A stretch of DNA of 45,791 bases from Terrimicrobiaceae bacterium (GTDB lineage: Bacteria > Verrucomicrobiota > Verrucomicrobiia > Chthoniobacterales > Terrimicrobiaceae): NCBI GenBank assembly GCA_044342325.1, contig JBIIPZ010000028.1:1-45791 (forward strand), written 5' to 3'. Both the position numbers and the translations under genes were made by a program. Positions 7,164-15,646 of this stretch are shown one piece after another (the stretch's first letter is position 1; every line of letters starts with the position of its first letter). Under the pieces are notes generated by a model. That model did no database searches. It saw nothing but the letters and a program-made list of their open reading frames with translations, and was not told the origin of the DNA.

Positions 7164-9989
7164 ATGAATTCCCTTCTCACAGCATTGCTCCTTCTTGTCT
7201 CCAGTGTCTCCTGCTTCGCCCATGGCTCCATGGGCAACCCGATCAGCCGCGTGCACGAGGTATTCCTTGAGAATCCGATGTCGCCGACGAGTGATGCCGG
7301 CAAGGCTGCGGTCGCCGTTGCTGGAACGCAGGCCTTTTACGATTGGCATGAGGTCAGCCTCCTCGTTCCTCAGCGCAACTACCGCGTCCTCATTCCTGAT
7401 GGTCAACTCGCCAGCGCCGGCCGCACGAAATATGCCGGGCTCGACCTGCCGCGTGTCGACTGGCCAGCCACAAAAGTCCAAGCCGGTCCCTACGATGCCT
7501 GTTTCTCCGCCACCGTCCCGCACTCGCCAAGCCGCTTCGAAGCTTACATCTCGAAAAATACCTACGACCCCACGAAGCCACTCAAATGGTCCGACCTCGA
7601 GGCGCTTCCTTTGGCGGGTGATGCCGTATTGGATGGAAATACCTACCGCTTCTCGGTGAATTTTCCGCAACGCGTGGGTCGCCATGTGCTCTATGTCATC
7701 TGGCAACGCGATGATCCAGCTGGTGAAGCCTTCTTCTCACTCAGCGATCTCGATTTTGGCGGCTACAATTTCGATCCAGCCCTCCAAACATCCGTCCCGC
7801 CAGCACCAAAAAAAGCCACCATTCTTGGCGGCTGCGGCACAGGCTGCACCTGCCCAACCCCTGCGGCATCGCCATCCCCTTCAGCAAGCCCTGTGCCCAC
7901 GCCCAGCCCAACTCCAACTCCTGCTCCTACAGCAGGGGTGCTCTCTGTCACTCAACAGCTCGTCAGTGATTGGGGTTCCGGAGCGCAGATGAAGATTCTG
8001 CTGAAAAACACCGCCGCCAGTCCCGTCAGCGCTTGGAAAGTGCAATTCGACTCGCCCGGCAAAATCTCCAGCATCTGGAACGCCAAACTTGCGAGCAGCT
8101 CCGCTGCCCCAAAATACACTCTCACTCCCGAATCTTGGAACGCCACCATACCCGCCGGCGGATCAGTAGAAATTGGCTACCTCATCGAACCAGGCGCTGC
8201 CTCTGCCCTCATTCAAAATCTCTCAAGCCAACCTTCCAATACGGTCTCTCCAACACCAACACCAAGCCCCACACCCAAACCCTCGCCGACTCCGACTCCG
8301 ACTCCGACTCCCAAGCCAACGCCAACGCCAACGCCAACGCCAACGCCAACGCCAACGCCAACGCCAACGCCAACGGGCGGCGCGCTGAATGTCACGCATT
8401 CCATCGTCAACCAATGGACCGGCGGCATGGAAGTGAAAGTGGTCCTCCAAAACAAAGGCAGCACCACCATTTCGAACTGGTCGCTGGCCTTCGATTACCC
8501 CTCGACCATCACATCCCTCTGGGAAGGAAATCTCGCGACGCAATCCACATCGCCGCGCTACAAAGTCACGCCTAAGTCCTGGAACGCATCTCTCGCCCCA
8601 GGCCAATCCGTGGCCATCGGGTTCGTCGCGAGCCCGGCCAATGCGGCAGCAGTCCTGCAGAATCTCGTGGTTTTCCCAGCTTCCTCAGGCGCTCCTATCG
8701 TTGTGCCTACGCCGAGCCCCACGCCATCGGCAACGCCAAGTCCTACCCCCAAGCCCTCGGCGACGCCGGTTCCGTCACCAACGCCCATTGCGACTCCAAC
8801 TCCAGCGCCGTCCCCGTCTCCTTTCCCTACGCCCGTGGCAACCCAGCCGGATTTGAGCAAAGTCATCGTGGGCTATTTCGCCGAGTGGGGTGTTTACGGG
8901 CGGGATTACCATGTTTACGAGATTCCCGCGAAGAATCTGAATGTCATCAACTACGCCTTCGCCGATATCTCCGCAGCTGGTGAAGTCGTTTTGTATGACT
9001 CCTACGCCGCCGTTGAAAAATCCTACCCCGGCGACACATGGGATCAGCCGTTGCGCGGAAACTTCAACCAACTGAAAAAACTCAAAGCCCAGAATCCCCA
9101 TCTCGTCACGCTCATCTCCGTCGGTGGATGGACCCTCTCCGGCCGCTTCTCCGACATCGCGCTCACGCCCGCCTCGCGTGAGAAATTTGCCGCCTCCGCC
9201 GTGGCCTTCATTCGCAAATACGGCTTCGATGGCGTGGACATCGACTGGGAGTATCCAGGCGGTGGTGGGCTACCGTCGAATGTCTCCCGCCCCGAGGATA
9301 AACAAAACTTCACCAGCCTGCTCGCCGAGTTGCGCCGTCAGCTCGACCTCGCCGGGAAAGCCGATGCCCGCCGCTACTACCTCACCATCGCCGCGCCGGC
9401 CGGACCCGACAAAATCGCAAACATCCAGCCCGCCGCGATTGCCGCCGTTCTGGATTGGATCAATGTCATGACCTACGACCTCCACGGCGCGTGGGAGAAC
9501 CGCACAAACCACCACGCCGCCCTCAATGGCGCGCCCGGCGACCCGCTCACCGTCCGCGCTGCGATGGATGCCTACCTCGCCGCCGGCGTGCCACGCGACA
9601 AACTCGTTGTCGGCCTGCCATTCTACGGCCTCAGCTGGAAAGGCCTGCCAAACATCAACAACGGCTTCGCACAATCCGCCACCGGAGCTGCCACCGGCAC
9701 TTGGGACACCACCGGCATGTTCGATTACTGGGACATCGAGCAACGCCTCGCCGCACAGCCCGCCACCTACCGCAAATTCCGCGACCCCGTCGCGAACGCC
9801 CCCTGGGTCTACGCCCCCACACTCCAAGGCGGACTTTTTATCACTTACGACGACCGCGAATCCATCAGCCTCAAATGCGATTACATCAACGCCCAGAAAT
9901 TCCGTGGCGCCATGTTCTGGGAACTCTCCGGCGACCTCACCGACGGCACTGGCCTCCTGCCCGTCATCAAAAACAAAATCAAACCGTGA
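7164..9989 (+). CDS. Secreted multimodular chitinase: AA10 LPMO - CBM2 - CBM2 - GH18
   Basis: Signal peptide ending CFA, then HGSMGNPISR (His1); TVPH; WQRDDPAGEAFF; two CBM2-like modules (DWGSG...W...IWNA...WNATI; QWTGG...W...LWEG...WNASL); PT linkers; GH18 with SVGGWT, FDGVDIDWEYP, MTYDLHG and MFWELSGD. Confidence 0.9.
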   Translation: MNSLLTALLLLVSSVSCFAHGSMGNPISRVHEVFLENPMSPTSDAGKAAVAVAGTQAFYDWHEVSLLVPQRNYRVLIPDGQLASAGRTKYAGLDLPRVDWPATKVQAGPYDACFSATVPHSPSRFEAYISKNTYDPTKPLKWSDLEALPLAGDAVLDGNTYRFSVNFPQRVGRHVLYVIWQRDDPAGEAFFSLSDLDFGGYNFDPALQTSVPPAPKKATILGGCGTGCTCPTPAASPSPSASPVPTPSPTPTPAPTAGVLSVTQQLVSDWGSGAQMKILLKNTAASPVSAWKVQFDSPGKISSIWNAKLASSSAAPKYTLTPESWNATIPAGGSVEIGYLIEPGAASALIQNLSSQPSNTVSPTPTPSPTPKPSPTPTPTPTPKPTPTPTPTPTPTPTPTPTPTGGALNVTHSIVNQWTGGMEVKVVLQNKGSTTISNWSLAFDYPSTITSLWEGNLATQSTSPRYKVTPKSWNASLAPGQSVAIGFVASPANAAAVLQNLVVFPASSGAPIVVPTPSPTPSATPSPTPKPSATPVPSPTPIATPTPAPSPSPFPTPVATQPDLSKVIVGYFAEWGVYGRDYHVYEIPAKNLNVINYAFADISAAGEVVLYDSYAAVEKSYPGDTWDQPLRGNFNQLKKLKAQNPHLVTLISVGGWTLSGRFSDIALTPASREKFAASAVAFIRKYGFDGVDIDWEYPGGGGLPSNVSRPEDKQNFTSLLAELRRQLDLAGKADARRYYLTIAAPAGPDKIANIQPAAIAAVLDWINVMTYDLHGAWENRTNHHAALNGAPGDPLTVRAAMDAYLAAGVPRDKLVVGLPFYGLSWKGLPNINNGFAQSATGAATGTWDTTGMFDYWDIEQRLAAQPATYRKFRDPVANAPWVYAPTLQGGLFITYDDRESISLKCDYINAQKFRGAMFWELSGDLTDGTGLLPVIKNKIKP
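8286..8375 (+). repeat. Hexamer tandem repeats encoding a Pro-Thr linker: (CCGACT)4 at 8286-8309 and (CCAACG)10 at 8316-8375
   Basis: Directly visible perfect tandem repeats. Confidence 0.95.
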
Positions 9990-10050
9990 AAACCCTCAAG
10001 CAGGACAGGATGACAAGATTTATAAGAGGAACAGGAAAAACACAAAGCGG

Positions 10051-10206
10051 TTGGACAGACCCGGAGCGCAGCGGAGAGCCACTGCCGCAGGCCGTCCGCA
10101 GGAAGAGCGCAGCGAATGAATTAACAGAATTTACAAAATCTTTTACTGCATAGGCTCATAAAAATCCCTTCCCTCCCAATTCTGTAAATTCTGTTAATTT
10201 TGTCTA
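10051..10206. repeat. Intergenic inverted repeat (AATTAACAGAATTTACAAAAT / ATTCTGTAAATTCTGTTAATT) with a nested GC-rich insert
   Basis: 10119-10139 and 10179-10199 match at 20/21 as reverse complements. The right arm extends to TTGTCTAA, pairing with TTGGACAGA at 10051-10059. Confidence 0.75.
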
Positions 10207-10272
10207 AAAAATCCTCCTGTCCCTTCTTCGTGTGGCTTGACATTTCATTCCTCCACCCACAAGTTTTCAACT

Positions 10273-10563
10273 ATGAGCACGGTCAAAATCCTTTCGATCC
10301 TCGAAGCCGCCAGCATCGAGTCGCCCAAGGCTCGTGCCATCGCAGAGAGCTTGGAAATGGCATTCCGTGAACAGGAAGATGACCTTACCAAACGCCTCAT
10401 GACCAACGAGGATGGTGCGAAAATCCGCGCTGATATCAAAACCTCCATCGCCGAACTCCGCACCGAGATAGCTAATTTCAAAGCCGAAATCATCAAGTGG
10501 ATGTTCCTTTTCTGGATCGGGCAGATGGCTGCCACGGCGGCGATCGTCAAGCTCCTCCAGTAG
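10273..10563 (+). CDS. CCDC90/DUF1640-like small coiled-coil protein with a C-terminal TM helix
   Basis: ARAIAE...LMTNED...coiled coil...KAEIIKWMFLFWIGQ pattern. Confidence 0.8.
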   Translation: MSTVKILSILEAASIESPKARAIAESLEMAFREQEDDLTKRLMTNEDGAKIRADIKTSIAELRTEIANFKAEIIKWMFLFWIGQMAATAAIVKLLQ

Positions 10564-10586
10564 ACCAGTTCGATGAAAAAAGGGGG

Positions 10587-10605
10587 CACGGGCGTCTCGC
10601 CCGTG
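10587..10605. repeat. REP-like hairpin CACGGGCG-TCT-CGCCCGTG
   Basis: Perfect 8-bp stem just downstream of the stop codon. Confidence 0.6.
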
Positions 10606-10676
10606 AAAGACACTGGCGCCGCGACCTCATCGATGAGCAAGCCACGCCTTGTGCCCATCCTGCCCGGATTCACACT

Positions 10677-10798
10677 CCGCGCGGCAGCGCGCAACCCCTA
10701 GAGGGTCGACCTCCGGCTTGACCCATTCTTGCGGCAAGGCCGCCATTGCATCCAGCAGGAACGCCGCTGCGCGCCTGAATCTTGGGACGCCAAGGGCC
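10677..10798. repeat. REP-like mosaic, copy set 1
   Basis: 10701-10725 is the exact reverse complement of 15396-15420; 10677-10692 of 15430-15445; 10761-10798 resembles 43015-43052. Confidence 0.8.
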
Positions 10799-10858
10799 CC
10801 ACAAGACTCCGGTCGCATTGCGCCGCAGGGTTGTGGGCATTTCACAAAGACCTTCTTT

Positions 10859-10896
10859 TGTGACGATTCCGTCACACGGGTGACAAATTTGTCACA
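10859..10896. promoter_or_regulatory. Tandem palindromic sites, TGTGAC-N6-GTCACA x2
   Basis: TGTGACGATTCCGTCACA (10859-10876) and GGTGACAAATTTGTCACA (10879-10896), 20 bp apart, upstream of the large surface-protein gene. Confidence 0.55.
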
Positions 10897-11027
10897 ACAT
10901 TCCCTTTGTTGCCCCGCTTCCCACTCGTCCACTCTGTTGCCCCGAAGCGCCCTGCATCTCGCTTCCGAGGGAAGATACACAAAGGGTCCGAAATGCCGGT
11001 TCCGACAAACCAAGCAAATCCAAAACG

Positions 11028-14000
11028 ATGCTCCATTCTCTTTCGCAACGGACAGATGACTGCCCTGTCCCCGCCACTGGCGCACCCAAGGTTTCCTTGC
11101 CATCCCGCGCCTTCGCCACCCCGTTGAAGGGCGCCCGCGAGGTTTCCTCATTCGCAGTCGAAAATCCACGCCGCAGCTCCAAAACGATCGCCAATTATTC
11201 AACATCCAACATTCAACATCCAACATCCAAAATTCCAAACCTCCTCCCGCGCCGCCCCGTTTGGAAAATCGCCTCGCCGCTTTTAAGGTTGGGGAAATGT
11301 GTGGGGTTGTTGGCGGTGTTAGTGTTGGCAAGTGGGAATTTGAATGCGCAGACAAATACCCAAAGGATATGGACTGGAAGTTCAAACGGTGCACTCACTA
11401 CCGCTGGCAATTGGAATCCCAACGGTGCACCAAGCGTGTCGGTGGATGCCATTTTCAATTCAACAACAAACAACGCATCTTTAACCGCCACAAACGCCAC
11501 TTTTGGTTCAATTTCGGTTAATGGAACCTCCGCTTTTTCATTTTTGAACAGGACATCCGGTGCAACAAATAGCAACTTAACACTCGGCGGTGCAGGTAAT
11601 AATGGGAATAGCTTTTCGGGGACTGCATCGGATGTTTTGTATGTAACGAGCGGCAGTATTTTTACGATTCAAGGTCCAAATGCTTCGTCGGGGTCTGGTG
11701 TTCTCAATGTAATCCTCGGCCAAAACGGCACCTTCAATATCGCAGGAACAGCAGCAATCTCCTCAGCGATTTCTGGGGCAAATTTGGGTTTTACCAAAAC
11801 CGGCGCTGGCACACTCACCCTCAACGGCACCAACACCTACACCGGCACAACCACCATCAACGCCGGCAATCTGACCATCAGCGGCGAAAGCGCCATCGCT
11901 GATACTGGCACGGTGACACTCGCGAACACCTCGGGCGTGAATTTCAATGTGAACGCCAGCGAGACGATTGCCTCGCTCCAAGGCGGCGGTTCCACCGGCG
12001 GCAATGTCACGATCGCCTCTGGCCATACACTCACCGTGGCCGAGGCCAATACGAATACATTCAGCGGATCGCTCCAAGGCTCTGGAAATTTCACAAAGTC
12101 CGGCGCTGGCACGCTCACTTTGAACGGCACGAGCACCAATAGTGGCGCTGTCTCCGTCACGGGCGGCACAGTCCTTCTCAGCGGGGCTTCTGCTCTTTCC
12201 GGCAGCACCTCGCTTCTCAGTGCTTCAAGCAGCACGATCAGCCTGGCGGATGGAGTCGGCCGCACGATCACGCTTTCCAACGGCAATCTCTCGCTTAGCA
12301 GCGCGACCATGGTTTTTGAGTTGGGCTCGACCAGCGACAGCCTCACGCTCACCAATGGCATGGCGACATTAAGCGGAACGAATACGATCAGCCTCGCAAA
12401 CCTCGGTTCCTTTACGGCTGGCAATTACACGCTCATCAGCGCCGCGAGCGGCTTGGATGGTGGCACATGGTCGCTCAATTCCTTAGCCGGTCCAACTGGG
12501 TTCACCTACTCGCTCAACAGCACGGCGACCACACTCAGCCTGATCGCCACGGCGAATTCCAACAATTTTTTCTGGACCGGAAACGCCAGCACGAACTGGT
12601 CGGGCAACAACTTCAGCGCCACGGATGGCGGCGCCAGCACGCTTTCGGCGGGAAATTTCAGCGTCACATCCGATCTCATCTTTGCCGCCGCAGGTGCTGG
12701 CAACCTCGCCACCACGATGAATTCCAACTACACCGTGAATTCCTTGGCCATCAGCAGCCCGGGCGTCTCGATCGGTGGTGCCAACACCCTCACCGTTAAT
12801 TCCACAGCCTCCACCGCGATTGCCGTCTCGGCAGCGAGCGGAAGCACGACTATTAGCGCTAATCTTGCAGGTGCTTCAGCGGGTCTTACCAAAACCGGTG
12901 CAGGAACTCTAATCCTCTCGGGAGCCAACACCTTTGGCGGTGGCTTGAGTATAAGCGCAGGAACGCTCAACCTAAATAGCTCCACAGCAGCAGGAAACGG
13001 AGCTATAACGATCAGCGGCGGCACGCTTGACAACACCAGCGGCTCCAGCGTCACCCTCTCCAATAACAACACGCAAAGCTGGAACGGCAACTTCGCCTTC
13101 ACCGGCACTAGAGACCTCAACATGGGAACCGGAGCCGTGGCGCTTGGAGCCAGCCGCACCGTCACAGTCAATGGCGGCAACCTGACCGTCGGCGGTGCCA
13201 TCTCAGGAACTGGTTTTAGCCTCACAAAAGCCGGAGCAGGCACACTCGTTCTTAATGGAAGCAATGCTTACGACGGGGGAACTACAATCAGCGCAGGAAC
13301 ACTTCAAATCGGAAACGCCAACGCCCTTGGGTCCACCGGCAACATCACTTTCAGCGGCGGTTCGCTTCAGTATGGCAGCGGCATCACGCAGGACATTTCA
13401 TCCCGCATCAGAAACAGCGGATCCGCCATCATCGTCGATACCAATAACAATAATGTCACTTTCGGCACCGCCCTCGACGCCTCCAACACCGGAGGGCTCA
13501 CAAAACAGGGCAATGGCACGCTCACTCTATCCGTCAGCAACACCCTCACCGGCCCGCTCCAAGTCACAGGAGGCACGCTCAGTCTCAGCAGCGGCACCCT
13601 TTCAATCAATACTGCCTCCGCCAGCACGATCTCTGGCACGCTTTCAGGAAGCGGAAGCTTAACGAAGCTTGGCTCGGGCACCCTAACGATTTCCAACAAC
13701 AACTCCGGCTACTCGGGCGAAACTCGCCTTGAAGGTGGCGTCTTGGAAATTGGGCACAACTTGGCGCTCGGCAACGGCAGCATCGCTTTCCGAGCAGCAA
13801 ACAGCACATTCCGCAGCACCGATGCCACCGATCGGACGCTGTCCAACGCCATCGGCGCATTCACTGGCGGCACTGGCACTGTTTACACGTTTGGCAGCGT
13901 AGGCACCGGTAATCTTACCTTCTCCGGCACTGGAGACACGAGCCTTGGAACTGCTGGCAGGGTTATCAATGTCCTGAATGCAGTCACCAGTTTCAGTCAA

Positions 14001-15239
14001 AATTTCACCAACACCGGCTCCATCACTAAAACAGGCGACGGCACCCTAATTTTTGCAGGAAACAGCACCTATACCGGTGCTACCACCATCAACGCCGGCA
14101 CACTCCAAATCGGCAACGGCGGAACTACCGGCGCGCTCTCCACCTCCACCTCCAGCACAATCACCAACAACGCCACGCTCGTCTTCAACCGCTCGGACGC
14201 TCTGACCCAAGGCACGGACTTCTCCACCGCTGCGATTACTGGCACAGGCTCACTCATCCAGAACGGAAGCGGCAACCTTACGCTGAATGTAGCTAACACC
14301 TATGCCGGCGGCACGACATTGAACTCCGGCACGCTGAATATCAACAATGCCTCCGCCATCGGCAGTGGCACACTCACGATCAACGGTGGCACGCTGAACA
14401 ATGCCAACGGCTCTGCCATTATCCTCTCCACCAACAATATTCAGAGCTGGAATGGCGACTTTGCCTTCACCGGCACAAACAATCTGCATCTGGGCACGGG
14501 CGGCGTGGCCATGAACGCCTCGCGCACTGTCACAGTGAACGCAGGTAATCTCACAGTCGGAGGATCAATTTCAGGTAGTGGGTTCGGTCTCACGAAAAAC
14601 GGCAGTGGCACGCTCGTCCTCTCAGGTTCCAATTCCTACACTGGGAATACGACCATTAACTCCGGCACGCTGAGGGCCGCTGCTGCTGGTGCCGTTGGCA
14701 ACAGCTCGCAGATTATCGTCAACAACGGCGGATCGTTCCTCGTTACGGCGGACGATGCGATTGGCACCAACACCGGCATCAACCTCGGCAGCGGCAATAC
14801 AACGCCCGGCCTCGCTTTCAGCGGCAACTACGATGGTCATGTCGGCGCCCTCACCCTCAGCGCCGACTCCATCATCGACATCGGCACTAGCAGCGTGCGG
14901 ATCATCTTCGCCAGCATCGCCGGGCTGGCCAACTACAACCTTTCCATCTGGAACTGGAGCGGCAATACGCAATGGAGCGGTAGCCCGGGTGGCGGCACAG
15001 ACCAACTTTCCTTCACCGACGCATCTGGATTGAGCGGCAACCTGAGTCGCATCAGCTTCTACAGCGACCTCGGCCAGTCCCTCATTTCCAACAACGCCTT
15101 CACCGTGGGCTCGAATCCCACAGAAATCGTAGCCGTCCCCGAACCCGGCCTGATCATCACAGCCGCCGCCCTGCTCCTCTTCCTCCTGTTCCACCTCGCC
15201 CGCCAACACCGCGAAGCCAACCGCGCCGAGAAGGCTTAA
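11028..15239 (+). CDS. Large surface protein with autotransporter-associated beta-strand (PATR) repeats and a PEP-CTERM sorting signal
   Basis: About 9 copies of LTKxGxGTLxLxGxNxYxGxTTIxxG; G/S/T/N-rich; C-terminal VPEP + TM + basic tail; no beta-barrel. Start uncertain, may be nearer 11300. Confidence 0.9.
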   Translation: MLHSLSQRTDDCPVPATGAPKVSLPSRAFATPLKGAREVSSFAVENPRRSSKTIANYSTSNIQHPTSKIPNLLPRRPVWKIASPLLRLGKCVGLLAVLVLASGNLNAQTNTQRIWTGSSNGALTTAGNWNPNGAPSVSVDAIFNSTTNNASLTATNATFGSISVNGTSAFSFLNRTSGATNSNLTLGGAGNNGNSFSGTASDVLYVTSGSIFTIQGPNASSGSGVLNVILGQNGTFNIAGTAAISSAISGANLGFTKTGAGTLTLNGTNTYTGTTTINAGNLTISGESAIADTGTVTLANTSGVNFNVNASETIASLQGGGSTGGNVTIASGHTLTVAEANTNTFSGSLQGSGNFTKSGAGTLTLNGTSTNSGAVSVTGGTVLLSGASALSGSTSLLSASSSTISLADGVGRTITLSNGNLSLSSATMVFELGSTSDSLTLTNGMATLSGTNTISLANLGSFTAGNYTLISAASGLDGGTWSLNSLAGPTGFTYSLNSTATTLSLIATANSNNFFWTGNASTNWSGNNFSATDGGASTLSAGNFSVTSDLIFAAAGAGNLATTMNSNYTVNSLAISSPGVSIGGANTLTVNSTASTAIAVSAASGSTTISANLAGASAGLTKTGAGTLILSGANTFGGGLSISAGTLNLNSSTAAGNGAITISGGTLDNTSGSSVTLSNNNTQSWNGNFAFTGTRDLNMGTGAVALGASRTVTVNGGNLTVGGAISGTGFSLTKAGAGTLVLNGSNAYDGGTTISAGTLQIGNANALGSTGNITFSGGSLQYGSGITQDISSRIRNSGSAIIVDTNNNNVTFGTALDASNTGGLTKQGNGTLTLSVSNTLTGPLQVTGGTLSLSSGTLSINTASASTISGTLSGSGSLTKLGSGTLTISNNNSGYSGETRLEGGVLEIGHNLALGNGSIAFRAANSTFRSTDATDRTLSNAIGAFTGGTGTVYTFGSVGTGNLTFSGTGDTSLGTAGRVINVLNAVTSFSQNFTNTGSITKTGDGTLIFAGNSTYTGATTINAGTLQIGNGGTTGALSTSTSSTITNNATLVFNRSDALTQGTDFSTAAITGTGSLIQNGSGNLTLNVANTYAGGTTLNSGTLNINNASAIGSGTLTINGGTLNNANGSAIILSTNNIQSWNGDFAFTGTNNLHLGTGGVAMNASRTVTVNAGNLTVGGSISGSGFGLTKNGSGTLVLSGSNSYTGNTTINSGTLRAAAAGAVGNSSQIIVNNGGSFLVTADDAIGTNTGINLGSGNTTPGLAFSGNYDGHVGALTLSADSIIDIGTSSVRIIFASIAGLANYNLSIWNWSGNTQWSGSPGGGTDQLSFTDASGLSGNLSRISFYSDLGQSLISNNAFTVGSNPTEIVAVPEPGLIITAAALLLFLLFHLARQHREANRAEKA
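11198..11232 (+). repeat. Heptamer tandem repeat (TYCAACA)x5
   Basis: TTCAACA TCCAACA TTCAACA TCCAACA TCCAAAA. Confidence 0.85.
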
Positions 15240-15395
15240 AACACTATTGTTTAGAGTTTAAAATCCTTTCATCCGTAAACTAGGGGTCAGTGTTCATTTT
15301 CTTTCATTTTCATCGGAAAAATATTGCTGCGAGGGGGGGATGACGCGCGCGGGTGATGGGGGCGGGGCGCTGTGTTGGTGGAGGCGGTTCAGGTT

Positions 15396-15445
15396 TGGGT
15401 CAAGCCGGAGGTCGACCCTCCCAGCGTTGGCGCGCTGCCGCGCGG
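15396..15445. repeat. REP-like mosaic, inverted partner of 10677-10725
   Basis: 25-bp and 16-bp exact reverse-complement matches. Confidence 0.8.
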
Positions 15446-15552
15446 GTTGTGGAAGAGGTCGGGCGTGTCGGCACAGACCAACTTTCCATCACCGCCGCCG
15501 CGTCCTCGCCTCCTCTGCACCCGGGCAGAACGAATCTTCTACTGGTCCCGTT

Positions 15553-15590
15553 GAACCAAAAATTTGGACGATCGTCCAAATTTTTGGTTC
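15553..15590. repeat. Perfect 38-bp palindrome GAACCAAAAATTTGGACGATCGTCCAAATTTTTGGTTC
   Basis: 19-bp arms, no loop, no mismatch. Confidence 0.95.
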
Positions 15591-15646
15591 GCGGCTGTTT
15601 TGCATGGTGCTGGTTGCGCGGGGCTCCTGGTGTGTTAGAACGAAGT

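Noticed and set aside
8173..8606. QR-, AN-, GV- and RW-repeat ORFs
   Set aside because: Alternative readings of the PT-linker hexamer repeat.
10950..11010. Possible riboswitch upstream of the surface protein (CTTCC-GAG-GGAAG hairpin)
   Set aside because: I could not match the conserved core of any riboswitch class I know.
15353..15646. N-terminal extension of DsbD in the ORF track
   Set aside because: Runs through REP repeats and the palindrome; the signal peptide begins at 15647.
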